DNA of 64,000 bases from Tubulanus polymorphus (GCF_964204645.1 NC_134029.1:8954850-9018849), one strand, 5' to 3'. Positions 31,250-45,761 are shown, counted from the first letter of the stretch. The notes: a model not told the origin generated them from the sequence alone. A program made the numbers and translations.

Positions 31250-33816
31250 CAGAGTGAGACCCTGACCAAACTTCAACGCATTCGAATATTCCAGTTGTGG
31301 TAACATGGAAAAACCGCCTGAATGACGCCGTGAACAGCCCGTCCACAGAACGTAGCGTGTCTTCGTTTGGTGAAGACACGCTATGTATATACGGAATGAT
31401 AATTGATTACCACTTTAAAAGTGAACCGTATTAAAAGTACGTCGACTATTCGATAATGGATGCTGGTTACACAGCAGGGGATAAAACGAATTCATATCAT
31501 CTCGGGTTATTTTCCATCCGGTCTTTGCGAATATCGACCGTATTTGAGCACAGCGTTTTTTCTAAGAAGCGAATGGATTGTGTTTTTGCGAAGCAAACTG
31601 GATAGTAAACTAGATGTACATAACTGAGTTCCGCTGCAGAAGTTTATTTTTGGGAGCGAAATATTTAGAAAGAAAGGCCTAAATCACTAGATAAACCCGG
31701 ATGACAAAAGAGGCAGTTTTCGATTGGCATTTGAGTGTCAAACGGTGTAATTCGATGACAACTTGAAGCACTTCCATCAGTCGCGAAATTTAAGACTGCG
31801 TAATAAAGTTTGAACTGCAAACAAACTTCCGTACAATGAAGAGGGTGACGATATATTCCGTGCAGGGTCGAAATCAAGCAGAGTTACCAGTCGTAGCTGC
31901 ATCGTCAGCCTGCGTCAAAATAATTTCATCGACGCTTTGCAATTACAGTTTAAACGGCCAGGCGTCAAGATGAAGGGTTCTCTGGAGCTCAAATTAAAAT
32001 GGTAGATTCTGTGTTTGCTGGATGTATTCAGTCTCTTCGGAGAAACATGTAGCACTACATGGTGAATATTCACCGACAATTTAATTAAAGAATTTTCTCG
32101 ACCTTGACCGTGATGTTTACGCTTATAGTTTACCACATACTAACGTCATCAAAATGTGCTGATGTGATGTCTACTAAATCAATTGAATAACAACTCGTCC
32201 AGTTTTAACGAATTCTTAAACGAAAAATTATCATCTCAATTACATCGTTTAATCTCCAAGATTTCAACTAGAGGTTTTTCTGAAAGTAATTGCTACGTAT
32301 ATGTCTGATTTTCTTTTGATTTGGCCCGCATTTTGAGTCAGCGCCACAATTTAAGCCACTAGTTCAACGTGCGAGGACCACTCCTCTAACACGATAGAGT
32401 GAAATTGGTATGAGCCAGTGACAGGAGACAGGATTTTCATCAAGAGCTAGAATCATCCGAGGTATCCCGATTGCTCTCGGTACGGTCTTGCTTCTGCAAA
32501 TTAGCCGCATATGAAGCTAATTTGCTATCAATTCATATCGAGATGTATTTTGTGGATTCTATGGTAGTTACGTGCGAATAAGAGACAAATTAATACCTAA
32601 CAGAAAAAGATTAGTATTTCAGTCACCAAGTGCGCTAGTTACAAGGCGTTTTGATCGTTTAAGAACGTGAACATGAAACAACTGACCTAATTTCCTGCCA
32701 TTCTAATCTTAGAAACCGTTGTTTGCGTATTTGTGTTTTGAGATAACTGTACTTTAGAATCGGGTTACGGCTTCCGCTGGTATTGAAATCATTAAAAATG
32801 TTCAATGATCAAAGTGATGATTTTATGTATTTTCTTGAAACAGGATTCTCGACTCAGCATTCAGTCCCTCCACCCAACAGGATCACACCTGGAAAAGTTT
32901 CTTGCAGTGTTGAACTTCTTATATATACATGTATATACCTTTGTTCATTTGTGTCCTCGGGACACATTAAATCGTTTTGCTATATTACCCACCGAGTAAT
33001 GATGATGTGCGTTTTTCAGAAATTGCCATCATCGAAAGAACTCAAGCAAGAAGCGTGCCGCTGTTCCGTCGGACCTCGGTTGCCTAACAAACAAAATCGA
33101 CGACCATCGAGTATAATTTCATTCATTAGATGCACACGGCAATAATCGAAGCCACGAAAGGGGACGGAAACTCGCCGTCCTTCGAGAACGTCGTAACGAT
33201 GTCGCTTCACCAAAATATGTGGCTTGAGAATTAATTCGAATTAATTGGTCATTTCTGTCGAAGTGTGCGAGAACAAAAAGCCTATTGAGCGGCGTTTCAG
33301 TGCATTAGCAGTAGGGTTCGGTTACAAATCCTAATCCTTATATCTAAAACCCCCCGAGGACACGCGTTCTATGGCAGTTGGCGTTAAGTAATATGGACAG
33401 CAAGCGGATATACCGGGATGTCATCCCGCATCACACGGAGCACCATACACCGTCTAATAGATCCAGTTACCGTTGCGATCAAGTGAATTATTTATTAGTG
33501 AGTTGAGACCAATGATGGGTACCTAATTGTCCATATTATCGTGTTTTCTGACTATCGCAGTCGTCCGTTTACAATATGAATTCACGAGGGGCTGTGCGCG
33601 AAGAAGTGATTTTATCTCGAAAATCGAGGGATGTATAAAATGTATACGGACAAAGAAAGACAATTCGTGCACATGACGTCACAAAACCTCATCTTGTCCA
33701 ACTAAAAAGCCCAATTCTGTTCTATGGCTAATACGGCTAATTCTTAAAGCTTTTTTTAACATAATGCATGCATATATATTGCATTGATATGATTGTTCAA
33801 CTGGGCCCAGTGGTAC

Positions 33817-34085
33817 CCCAATTTGTCACTTGCCGGCTCAGACTGGTTGAAATATTGTTTGAATGAACTGGAATCGAGTTTCCCAATTGTGTACTTCAAT
33901 TTAAACAATCATCCGTAAATTCGACCGCTGATCACACAACTATTATGTGTACTTCAATTTCCGATTTCAAAATCAAACCCCCTGTTTCGCTCCCGGCAGA
34001 ATTGGCGGGTTTATAAGTGACACTAAATCAAACAAAATCTACCAATCAAATAATAAACAGGGTCAATCCATATTTTCAGGATCAA
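33817..34085 (+). repeat. unclassified dispersed repeat of about 270 bp (copy 2)
   Basis: Collinear with 40997-41268. Strand is relative only. Confidence 0.8.
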
Positions 34086-37000
34086 TTCAAAAGAAAATTT
34101 AAAAAGAGAAATAGGATGTTGATAGCGAATCTATCTAAAGAACATGTCCTACTCCCATTTTATGAATGATTTATATAAAGATTTATGCTATAAAGATTTT
34201 AGAGCATTTTCTTCTCATTTTCTTGCAACTGAAAATGATTAATCTTAATAACAGATTTGCTTATGAAGTGAAGTTCCTAGCTTTATATAGTTACCAGGGA
34301 ATTTTAATTCAGAACTTCTAAAACGCATTTATGGACCCATAAAGTCTGGGTGTATTTCAGCTCAGCGAACTACTCTATACGGGAGTATTTTTTGTCTGAA
34401 TTGATTTCGTCACGAATGGGATACAAGTACCCTTTAACTGTGATATATTTAACCTATTCCGTTACGACAACGATGAACAAATACCTTTTTAAAGGACGCA
34501 AATATTGGCTGGATCGACAAACCTGTCACATTTTACCTTGCACTTCTTTCGTCGGGTGTTATTTCCAATGAAAAATGATGCGCTAATCGGCTGAAAACCA
34601 CCGAGACAAAGAAAAAATATCAGTTACAACGGAAAACGATCTTACCCGGTTGTCAGCCAATGTCATTTCCCCATTAGTCAGCTTATATAGAGCTTTACAG
34701 GGGGAAACTAAAACGATTCTGGTGAAACTTTTGCACGTCAACGGTGTAGTTCCTCGCTCTGCCGTTGGGGCATTTATGCGTTTCTGGTTATACGTGACGA
34801 GATGGAACATATCTACATTCATATTTTTACGTTTTAGTACCGTTCAGCGTTAGACTGGCTGGTTGGATTACGCGCAAATGGTGCCCTGAATCAAAGTCTA
34901 ACTTGCGCTTTGCAAAAGCTACGTCTCAAAGGGCACATCACAGGCTAACTGATGTTTAGACAGATTTATCGTGTTTGCGAACAGCATTAATGGCCGTTAT
35001 GGGTTCCACAACATCGGCAAAACCAAAGCCGCAAGGTGAAAATTCGAGAAATCCCAGAGCCAGTTTTATTAGCTATTAGCATAAGAACGCCTCATTTAGA
35101 TTCAAATCCAGGATCAAAGAAAGCGTTATGTTTTCGTTTTTTTAAATGATTACAACCTATTCACGTCATCTTTAGTGTCACCAAGCAGACTTAAGTAGAA
35201 GAGGAGCGTTTTTATCGGGGAAGTCACAGTTTTCATCAAAGACAGTGTGTCGACTATTCTAAATAAACCTTCACCGGGTAAAACATAAAGACAAAATCGA
35301 TGATGCTAAACGCTCACCGTCCGTATAAACAAGAGAAAGTCAATTACGACGACGAATTACAGAAAAGAAACCCAGACAATCGCGTTTAAGTATCTGAAGG
35401 TCAAGGTCGAGTAATGCGGTGACCGAGAGAAATTACGTGTCAAGAAGCTGTGACTTCAAAAATGAAAACATGTTTGTCATTTTCGTCGGCCTTAATGGCG
35501 ATGCCAACCAACTGTTGCCAGTACTGGATTTAAAAAAAAAATATATATATATAGTCATTATTGGACGGGTGAATGCTCGACAGTCGGTCGCCGCTACGGT
35601 CGATAAGAGGATAACCAATTTACGCGAATGTTCGCCAAATCCTATAATGACGGTAATAAACGCTTTTTCAATGAACTGTTCTTATACACACGGGCTGGGA
35701 TTGATAAATCCAGAAAAAACTAACGTGTGACTTAGACGTGGAAATGAGTTGCATATTCACGTAGTGTTGCGTTCATATTGAAAATCGATAATTAAAGGTT
35801 ATGTTTAAAGGCACGGAATAACTCTGATTAACTTTCGCTCGAACGCACCCAACCAGAGCAACATAATATAGCGCGAATATGATACAATAACATATATTGA
35901 AAATTTATACATACGTCCATGTATTCACTTGTAGAATGTGTGTGGCTGACATTGATCTTGTTATATGTGATTGAGCATCCATCAATTAGCCAGACTTGGA
36001 GGTATATCGGTTTAAGACACATCCAGCGCCAGTAACAAGAGATCAATTGGATTATGGATTCTTTTCAAATAGATATCAATTCAAATAATGCTTGTACGTA
36101 AGTGAAGAAATTATGCGTGTTTAACAGTACCTGTTACCTACGCTAACGGGAATAAATCGTCGTGTTAGCAATACAAAGGTTTAAATCTTTGACATACGTA
36201 TACACACGGTTCATCTTGCGTTACAACTTGTATCTTTAGTTCGGATCCTGGAAGCATGGATGATCGAAATGCCCTCGTAATGAACGGCTTGAACTCTATG
36301 TCTATGTCAACTTGGCTTTTGACGTAGCCTTTGATTACATGCCAGGTTACCTCTAATAATTCCCCCACGATGGGTCATTGGAAGGGAAGAAATTGTCATA
36401 TCGATTCGAACGAAATTTGATAACATACCTACGTACGCTAGTAAACATGGCGCACGTGGCCGGGTCAGACGTGTCTAGTTGGCCCTAACATCATTACAAG
36501 TAACAATCGTAGAATTTGATTATCGTACGCGGTGGTCGAATCGACGTTGTTAATCAATCCTAAACGTGTAAAGCGTAAACATTTCTATATGATGCTTTTA
36601 TTGTTACAAAACTTCATATACTATGATAATCCTGTAATGCCATGGTATATTTTGTAAATATCATTCTCTACACCTCGACCCGAAAGGGTGTATTTAGTAC
36701 AATAAAGAGGTTACCGAATTCAACTGTATTAAATTTAATGGGATATCGGCAACGCTACAGTGGCAAGCGATGATCCGCCAAGATCGCTTGCGTCACTGGG
36801 TCACCGCACTTCTATTTCCTTCTACATTTCGAATCAACTTTTCTCATGAGTAAACCATCAATTCTCAGTAAATTCTTTGTCATAAACTGAGTGAGAAAGC
36901 GGATCTATTCGATGACTCGTTTGATGATAATTTTCGGATTTGGAAGCCAGAATTCAAATTTCATCGAAAATGAACTGATTTTTACTACGAATTACCCAGT

Positions 37001-40000
37001 GCTTTGTTGCGCCAACTGGTGAATGCCGGTGTCCTTTTATATAGCTTTAATGTTCTAGTATTTTCCGTCCGTATTTTGTAATATACGTGTATAAGCGGAA
37101 TATAAGCAATTAATCAATTTGCAATAACGTGCGCATTTTATAAGTACAATGCTACTATTCCCATATATTCACACACATCGAACGTTCAATATACGCCACG
37201 AATCTTCTCTTTATTCAATACTTGGATTGAACACAACAACAAAAAGCCTCTTATCGCTGGCGATGTGTGTGTATTCATGTCGTATATTGCAGTTTTTCTG
37301 GCGCCTTGAAACCAAAAAGAAACGGAATTAACTAAAAAAAAGATGAACGATCGATATCGATATTCAAACGAAACGCTGAAGCTACATAGAAATCCAATTA
37401 CAATTTAAAGCATTTTGAAGCAAAATAAAGATAATGAGATGATCCTTGGGCACCCACAGTAACCATTGCCGATACCCTAACCAAGGAGGTCGTGGTTAGA
37501 CTAACCAACACACTAGCCACGGCTTCCAGCGGCCTCTTATCTGAAGCCTACTATACGGATAAGCCACTAGCCACGGTTAGGCTTAACGGAGCTTTCCTGC
37601 AGAGAATGCTGATTTTTCCATCTAAATCGAAATACAACGAAAGAGCAATGATTTTGTTAAAAACCGCGTAACTCATCGCTTTGAAAAGTTTCTCAATTTA
37701 TCATACGTATCGGAATCAACATGGTTTAAGATTTAGTTTGAAATAGTACTTTCTTTCGGCCTACAGAATCAGTTTAAAAACGTATTATGATTTAGAATAG
37801 CCTCATCGTTAACTATTCAAGATTTTTTCCCAGAAATGTGGCAACGGATTCCGCTTGTTTGTGTGGACGAAATGAGTTTATGTTGATAAATGACGATCGA
37901 AATCTATATCAATTGCTAACCATATACTAGTAATGAAATGTGATTTCACAATGTATACACAAAAGCTTTCGATCTGTATACATGGATTGAACCAATACTT
38001 ATCCTTTCCAATTTGCCTAGAACTGGGGTGCTATTGGTGTTTGTTAGATGATGAAGGGTTGTGGTCGAGTGGACAGATCTAAGAGCAGGCAGCTGGTATG
38101 TGAAGTGCTATTCCGTTTACAACGGTGTTTGATACGCGTTTGATTCACAGTTCCGTGGATATTTAACGTCGGAACCAATTGTTTCGAAAATAAAGGATGC
38201 ACTGCATGATTTTCTCAAGAGCGTGTCTGAAATACAGTTGTTTGCAAATGTAGTTCATATACTACATGATATACATTTGATATATTTTACTAGGTTAAAA
38301 TCTGAAAATATCTATAAGACTTAAACCAGCTGATAATCTATAGCTAGTTTATAGTTAAAGTATACTTATTACTGTGTACCACGCCTATTATCACGGTTTG
38401 ATGCGATATTAATCGACTCTAAAACACTAAACGACTCGTCCGTGAATTTCACTGAAAAACCTAGCCCAAAACAAAATCCAGGGAACCTATTTGTAAACAG
38501 TGTTAACTTTGAGTCCTGGATTCATAGTCTAATCAACGATGAGTGATTGAGTTCAATATGTTCCGTCAAACGGGACTCCGAGAAAGGGGTTGCATTGGTG
38601 TAGCTCACGCGTGGTGGGTACAGTTTTAAGGCGAGCATAGGTTGGCCTTCCGACCCACTGCGACGACCAGCGACGATCGCGTCTCGTCGCAATCCCGACC
38701 TACGCCCGGCTTTCGGCGGATAGCAGCGGTGCTATTTTGAGCCCGGCTACCATCTCCATATTGAAACGTTGATTAGACATATTCCCCATTTTGGTGATGA
38801 ACGTTTTCATTAATCTCGCCGTTTTTTTTTTCGTAGATATTTCCACAACGCTGACGTTTTGCTCATCTAAAAGCGATCAAAATTCCGAGGAGAGGTGCGC
38901 TTAACGAAGGATATATAAACACATAGCCAAACGCAAACCGTTCCAAGATGTCTGTGATATTTGAACTATCATCTATATTCTATTTTTCAATCAGTTCTAG
39001 TCTCGCGATTACATTGCCGAGCAAATAGTTCTCGATTACGCGCAGATGATTAATGATCGGTATCTTCGGAATGGCAGAATTTCCTCGAAATCACCCGGTA
39101 TCCATATTTAACAAAGCTAAGAAATAGACATTCAAAAGAGGTCATTCAGTATGAAGTTTGTGAATCATTTTTCGCGAACCTCAGTTGGATATTTAGCCGT
39201 TATATAAGTGTGCAATTAGAGACCGTCCACCAGTTGAAAATAGAGATCTTGTAAACGACTTCATTGTCTGTTCGACCACTTTCCAACAAAACAAAATATG
39301 TATAACGTGGACCGTATTTCCAAATTTCGGGGATCTGTCATAATCTCACATTGACTATAGTCGGACTAAGGGAAACCAAATGTCAGTTAGTCAGACCTAT
39401 CGTCCGGAAATGGTCGATTGATCACGGGATTGAGCACGGTCGCTGTTGTTCGGGCCTATTTCCAAGATGGCCGACACTATGACATACCGTACGACCAAAC
39501 TATCGTGCGTTTGGTCAGTCCCGACCTCGAGTCGACCAGCTACGAAAACTGGAGTTCGCCCAGTATGACGCCCGTCACGTAATAAAAGCACACGCACTAT
39601 CTCAAATAGATATTCAAACTTCTGAGACTCGATCTGGTTATTTTGATTGATGTCAGTTTGGTTTGACTGGTTTTAAAACCAGAATAGGTGAATTGGGTGT
39701 TGGGAATTGGTGTCTAGTTATTCACATAGTTACTGTATTCATGTCAGCGATTGTTAAGTGCGCGACGGTTTGATCCAGCACACTTGGATAATTGATTTAC
39801 ACACCATCCGCCATTTATCACACTTATTCCAGTGAACAAAATACTACACCCCAAAAGGACGCAAGTCGATAGATTTTGTTCGTACTAGCTACACGATTTG
39901 AACTTCATTCGGGCTCAGAAGGAGATTCTAAACCAGCAATTCTGCAAGGCCGTAAATGCAAACGAACTCACAACCCAATGCACAATTACCAATTAAAATG

Positions 40001-40996
40001 AATGTCGTCCAAGGTTTTGACCGATTAGTTTCGGTTACGAGTGCGAGTTACTCAAAATTGAAATAGCATTTCGCCTCGAATGGGTTAATAGTAACTGTAA
40101 TTCATTCGATACTCGATACGACGCGATATCTGTAAGGATTCGGGATTTGCGTCTATGGGCGTTCGTGGTATATAATACCATCAGAAGACGACGGCTTCGT
40201 CTAGCACATGCCTTGAGACAAACTTATTGACTGCAGAATGGAAATCGAAACAGCGAACAACATTGATTTACAACCGTCTGTGATGCACGCGTATGGATAC
40301 ACATAATCCGTAAAATTATAAAATGTGCATAAAATTTATCGAATCATTCAGCGCTTGAATTTTGATTTCACTGATGAAACATATTTTCGATTTTTTGCTG
40401 CAACCCAAATGCTATGCTCTTCAGCACTTAAACTACTTTATTCATTTGGGTTTGTCTATATCATAAGACCTTCACGGTTTGTAAAATCGTATGCAACCAA
40501 ATGAACTGAGTATCAATAGAATTAGCGCGGACCCGTCTCAAATCATAGTTACTACGTAAACGATGGAATTCGAGCACCGTCTCCGATTACAGCCTATAGC
40601 GTGGTATCGCGCACAGAGACAACCGCACGGAAAGACCGTTATCGATGCTCTGCATTTATCTTCGGCGGTTAATCGGCCATCAGAATAATTCGTGACGAAA
40701 ATATTTTCCTCCACGAAAATTGTATTTGTCACGAAATATTTCGATGGCCCTTTGTCAATCACAATATTGATCTCAAAATGAATAGGGAAGTTTCCAGTTT
40801 CCAGACGCCATTTTGAGGCGGTCCATCAGAAAATTGAAATTGTCACCTTACTAACAATAACTACAATAAACTATCGGACTATATACAAGTAGAAAACGAC
40901 AAAAAATATAAAAAAGGACAAAATGATCTTCAGCCTTGTAATATAGCTATTTCCAAAATTTCGATTTATTAAATCAAGCAGCCAGAAAAATTTACA

Positions 40997-41268
40997 CCAA
41001 TCAGTCGCTTGCCGGTTTAGGCTGAATGGAAGATTGTTTGAATGAACCGGAACCAATTTTCCCAATTATGTACTTCGAATGAAACAAGATATTCTGTAAA
41101 CTCGACCGCCAATCACACAACTATATCTGTAATTCGATTTCCGATTTCAAATCAAACCCCGCTTCGCTTCCTGCAGGTGTGGTGGGTCTGTAAGGGACAC
41201 TCAGTCAAAAAACCAAACGAAATTTAGCAACCAAATAGATAACAGGGACAATTTCTATTTCAAGATCA
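40997..41268 (+). repeat. unclassified dispersed repeat of about 270 bp (copy 3)
   Basis: Collinear with 33817-34085. Strand is relative only. Confidence 0.8.
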
Positions 41269-41384
41269 AACAATACATAACTTGATTTTTGTAGCGATAG
41301 GGGTATGGACGACAATAAATCGCGCTAAAAGTTACTCGAAATCTGTCCAACAATACGAGACCTTTGGGAGCGCCTCAAAATGGC

Positions 41385-41684
41385 CTCACTTATTAATTAT
41401 CTGTGTAATCTTTTATAACGTGCCACATTACTTTATCTGCAATTGTCTATGTATATTATGTATATTTGGTTTGTTTGGTAAACTAGGAGTGAATGTGAAT
41501 TGGTGTATATGTCTGTGTGTATGTGAGAGTGTATGGACGAGGGATTAGGACTAGATTAAACCAACTTTGGCTTCTCCTAATTCCTCGCATAATTTATTGG
41601 TACATTGTTTTCCATATATTGTGTATTCATTTGTAAACTCTGTAACAATCTTTTATGCAAATAAATCATATCATATCATATCAT
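41385..41684 (+). mobile_element. probable CR1-group LINE 3' UTR with (ATCAT)n tail
   Basis: TG-rich, CpG-poor UTR-like stretch with an imperfect stem gggattagga..tcctaattcc, then AATAAA followed by four ATCAT units. Confidence 0.55.
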
Positions 41685-43674
41685 GGCGTTTACCGAAAGA
41701 TTCCCTATTGATACCTGCCAGGAACGTTAATTCGGGAAAAAGAAAACAGTTAAAAATGGATAATTGCTGAAAAGTTTTTTTTAGTTGTTGAAGGGAGTTT
41801 GTAGTTGAATGAGTATCGTTACGCGCTCAATGATTAAATACGTGGTATGTGGTATCGAAGTCCTTTAAGCGCGCATGATAAACACGCAGCACGAATTACG
41901 GAACAATTTCCTGCATCGGTTTGTTTCAAAGAGCTTGCAGTTTCGGTCGCTCGTTTATCTTTGAAAATAAACCGACGATTACGCAGACATCTGCCGGGCT
42001 ACAGCTCGAACTGCTGACGTACCCACGCTTTTTGAATGAGCGTTTTGTAAAACAAAAAAGTCCAACCCGATTGCCTCCATCAAAATGCAGACGAATCGTA
42101 TAGAATTGTAATGATTCTTCTTCGCCGCGTGATCATCTACGCAGCTCAATTTGCACCGGTAGCGACGGCAACAGTTGAAGTATGACATCGTAATTAGAAG
42201 GCTTGTCGGTAATGTCGACGGAATCCTACGTCGTCTTCCTTACGGGCTTCATCTTACAATTTCACGCATCCGCTGTTTAATTCATTACTAGGATTTCATA
42301 ATTGAGCATCTTTTTCTAGATATACGAGATTCGCCCGCCGATGAGGTGTATTTTTCGCAAATCCGGTTAATTGCTACATTTCCGCGGACTCGTCTGGTAG
42401 AAGAACGCCGCGACGTTTTGAACACTCCCCGTCGGTCATTTTGCACCGACAATTACGATGGAAAGGGAACTAAAATCAACGAAACGTTTTGAATTTCTAG
42501 CACTGGTGACGTCATTAATTGGACCTGATATCGGGTTTGAACGTTTTCGACGTGGCAATACGGGGTTCTGAGAGGGCTTTTCTTTTTATTTCAAACACCG
42601 ATAGAATATCGGTTTCAATCGTTTTCAAGGCTCCTGTAGGTTAGATGATGAAATTACTAATTAAGAGAGTGATCACTGTAGAAATCTATAGCGTATCGTT
42701 TTCCTAACAAAAACGTCTGAAAAACACGTGTTCTGTGTTGATTTTGGCTTTTATTTCTTAATGTACTTTTCGACGGGAAAAATCTTACGCACCATACATC
42801 TGTGAATACAGATACCAACGGCCGGCGATTGTTTTGCAAACAAACCGCCTTTCTTTACATTAAACACGCAACACGAGCCGTCGAAATTTATACTCCAGAT
42901 TTTTTCTCTTCATTGATACTATAAGTATAAACGTTACGACACGATAACGCGATATGTTATGCTAAGTAATCAGCGTAAATTGCTCAAAAACGCGGATAGA
43001 ATTTTGTTATGTTCGTCTACACAGCCAATCGCAAAACCGTTTGAAATTCGAAGAGGGTATCACCGACGACCTTGGCACACCTAAAGAATTAAAAACGGCG
43101 AACCGAATGTCGGACGAGAAAAATGAAATTAAAACGCAATCTCCTTTCAGAATCAACACGCATAATATTTCTTTCACCACCGGGAGATTAGTCTGAAGGA
43201 GGAATTGGGTTGCTCGCCGGTTCGTATTGAAATTAATCGCTTCAATCTCTTTATCATTCCCATCATTTTCTTATCCGTTGAACGAAGCTGAAATAGCTCA
43301 GACGTATAGCGCCCCCTCCCACTTCACTTATCGTGTACTAAAGAATGGAAAGGTTATGCAAAATATGTATATATTACAATGCATTGTGCGTATTATACAA
43401 ATTGAAAAGTTTTAAAGCGATTTTGCGTGTGTGTGTGTGTGTCAGGCCAATCTTCGTTTTAAAACTCAATATTCCCAGGATTTCGGCTTCTTAAGTTTCA
43501 TGGTTCATATACGGTTTTTTTTCATATGCCTCATATTCACATGGCAGCGTCCGATTGTATACTATTGCGTGTACATAATTTACTTCATTATAGTTTTAAG
43601 GCGCCCGCACACGAGCCTAAAAATGCACTCAGCACATAGAACTGTGTCAAAGTTTGCATGCGTCATCAAACCAT

Positions 43675-43782
43675 GACCCAAATCCACAATTGTGAGTTAA
43701 GATTTAACTCAGCGTAAACCCATTGAAAATGAACTATTTCTAATCCGGAGTTTACTCTAACTCAGAACTGTGGAACTGGGTC
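43675..43782. mobile_element. palindromic PIF/Harbinger-like MITE
   Basis: gacccaaatccacaattgtgagtta / taactcagaactgtggaactgggtc, with cat/cat 3-bp duplication. Confidence 0.75.
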
Positions 43783-44689
43783 CATATCTACTACATATGC
43801 ACCGTCTAAAGCGGCTTTTCATCATCTTTGTCAAATATGTTTAGATGTAAAGAAAGTGACCTGTTCCTTTTAAAAATACGTATGTACGTCAAGAGTGAGC
43901 TTGGAAGGGAAAACTATGATTTTATTAATTCAAGTAATCGCATCTCGTGCAGATATTGATAGTCATATAATCAACGATTGCATATTCTGAAATTGATATA
44001 CTAGCTGCTAACAATCGTTTTTTTTAGTAATGACGCATGCGCATCGGCGACAAAATAAGCTGGAAAAATCAGCCGCACACGAGCCGAAAACTGCGCTGCG
44101 CATTTTGCGTCCGCATTATTCGGCTCGTCTGCGGGGGCCTTTACCGACTTTGTGGATAAAATGCGCCGTGTCACGCAGAATCATACGCCGACAGATGCCG
44201 CAGATGCGACTATTGATCGCGGATGACGAGAGCCTACCGATGAAAAATCGTCTCCGACTTGTACTCTGTATATCATGCAAAGTATACCGAATATACATAC
44301 AAACAAAACCGAAACGGAAAACGGGATTTCCATTAGACTAATAGAATTCGCCTTTCCCCTTGAAACTGCGCGGAGATGTTTCGGTATTCGGGGCACGCGA
44401 AATGCGGAATTTCATTCACTCCATCGCGACACCCATTACGGGGAATATCTGCGGCACATATACGGGGCGTGCTGTCGAGTGTACGTTTGCGTGACAATGA
44501 AAAAGTCTAAAAACAAACGAAACGGAACGACGAAATCGACACTCGGTAATTTATCTTCGAGCTGTGAATGCAGCTATCTTCATTTCTCTCGAAACAATCC
44601 CGGCGTAACCTCAATTTAGATCCCGTTCCTACACGATGACGAATACTACGTGACTCGTAGACTAATGTTAATACGTAACAAACGACAGT

Positions 44690-44840
44690 TGACGATTAAG
44701 ATATTCATTGTCTGACGGTTTCGGAGTTTGTTTTAAGTCCATCACCAGAGACACAAACATGACATGTCATTTTTGTTTCTCTGACGATGGAGTATAGATA
44801 AACTCCGAAATTGTCGGACAATGAATGTTTTTATCATTAA
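44690..44840. mobile_element. inverted repeat carrying two divergent hammerhead motifs (family H2, Penelope-like remnant)
   Basis: Centre atgacatgtcat (44759-44770); arms attcattgtctgacggtttcggagttt / aaactccgaaattgtcggacaatgaat. Confidence 0.7.
44776..44820 (+). ncRNA. minimal type I hammerhead ribozyme motif (slightly degenerate)
   Basis: CTGACGA (44781-44787), T, stem II GGAGT/atagataa/ACTCC, GAAA (44807-44810), TTGTC, GGACA. The mirror copy on the minus strand (44753-44709) has stem I TGTCT/AGACA, core CTGGTGA and GAAACCGTC. Confidence 0.55.
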
Positions 44841-45761
44841 AACGGTGGTTTTTTAGATAGATACTACGTAAAAGGTTACAGGGTTTCAGTGCCTTAGATT
44901 TCTAAGTACAGCCTATTGGCTCACACTGTATCCATCGGAACCAACATCATGTATGAATATTTGAAAAAAAATTGCATCGATTATCATTTATATTGTACGT
45001 ACGGTTTACGAAGAATAAATATCTATCTATCTATAGGTTATTCGGAAAAGGTAATTTCGAATGTATTCCCAATTGCCTATGGATTTGATTCCGAAAAGAA
45101 CACTGCATTCACCGTGTAACTATGATACCAGATGATTAACAGACTACATTTCAAAAGTTGAGAAGCTCATTAGTTTGTATACAATATACCATTCTTTTAA
45201 ACAGGACATCATGACATGTGGTCTATTTTCTACACCATCTCTTTACACTATGCGCGTATACTGTCAAGTATGAAATCAAAATTACCCTGACGGTCAGGAA
45301 ACAAGGTTATTTAGGACGAATATAAAATCCACACCCAGAATTAAAGAATTCAGGTTATTGTTGCCACCATTGTTTTAAGGGTAACCGATTTCGTTGGTTC
45401 ACGTTGGTCTGTTTTATTAAATCTTTAAAGTTTTAATGCGTGTTTTATCGAGATATACGTTTATACATTGGTCTTCTGTAATAAAGGATTGGATTTTTAC
45501 AAGCCCGTCGGGTGACGCGCGCAAGTCCTAACCGCCACCATCTGTTAAATAAGAGATCAAGTTTGCGCAGATTCAAGTTGCATCATCCGAGTCACGAAAC
45601 AAAACCACCCACTCTAGTAAATATTTGATTCAGCCAAGGAATATGTGAAATGTATATACAGCTTGAAAAAGAATTGAAAAACAAATTACCTGCCTGCGTA
45701 TTTGAAAAAAACGACACCGCAAACATTTCCGTGAAGCAAACAAAGAGGACGTTTTAGTATG

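Noticed and set aside
35271-35292. miR-36-like sequence tcaccgggtaaaacat
   Set aside because: No complementary arm nearby to form a pre-miRNA hairpin.
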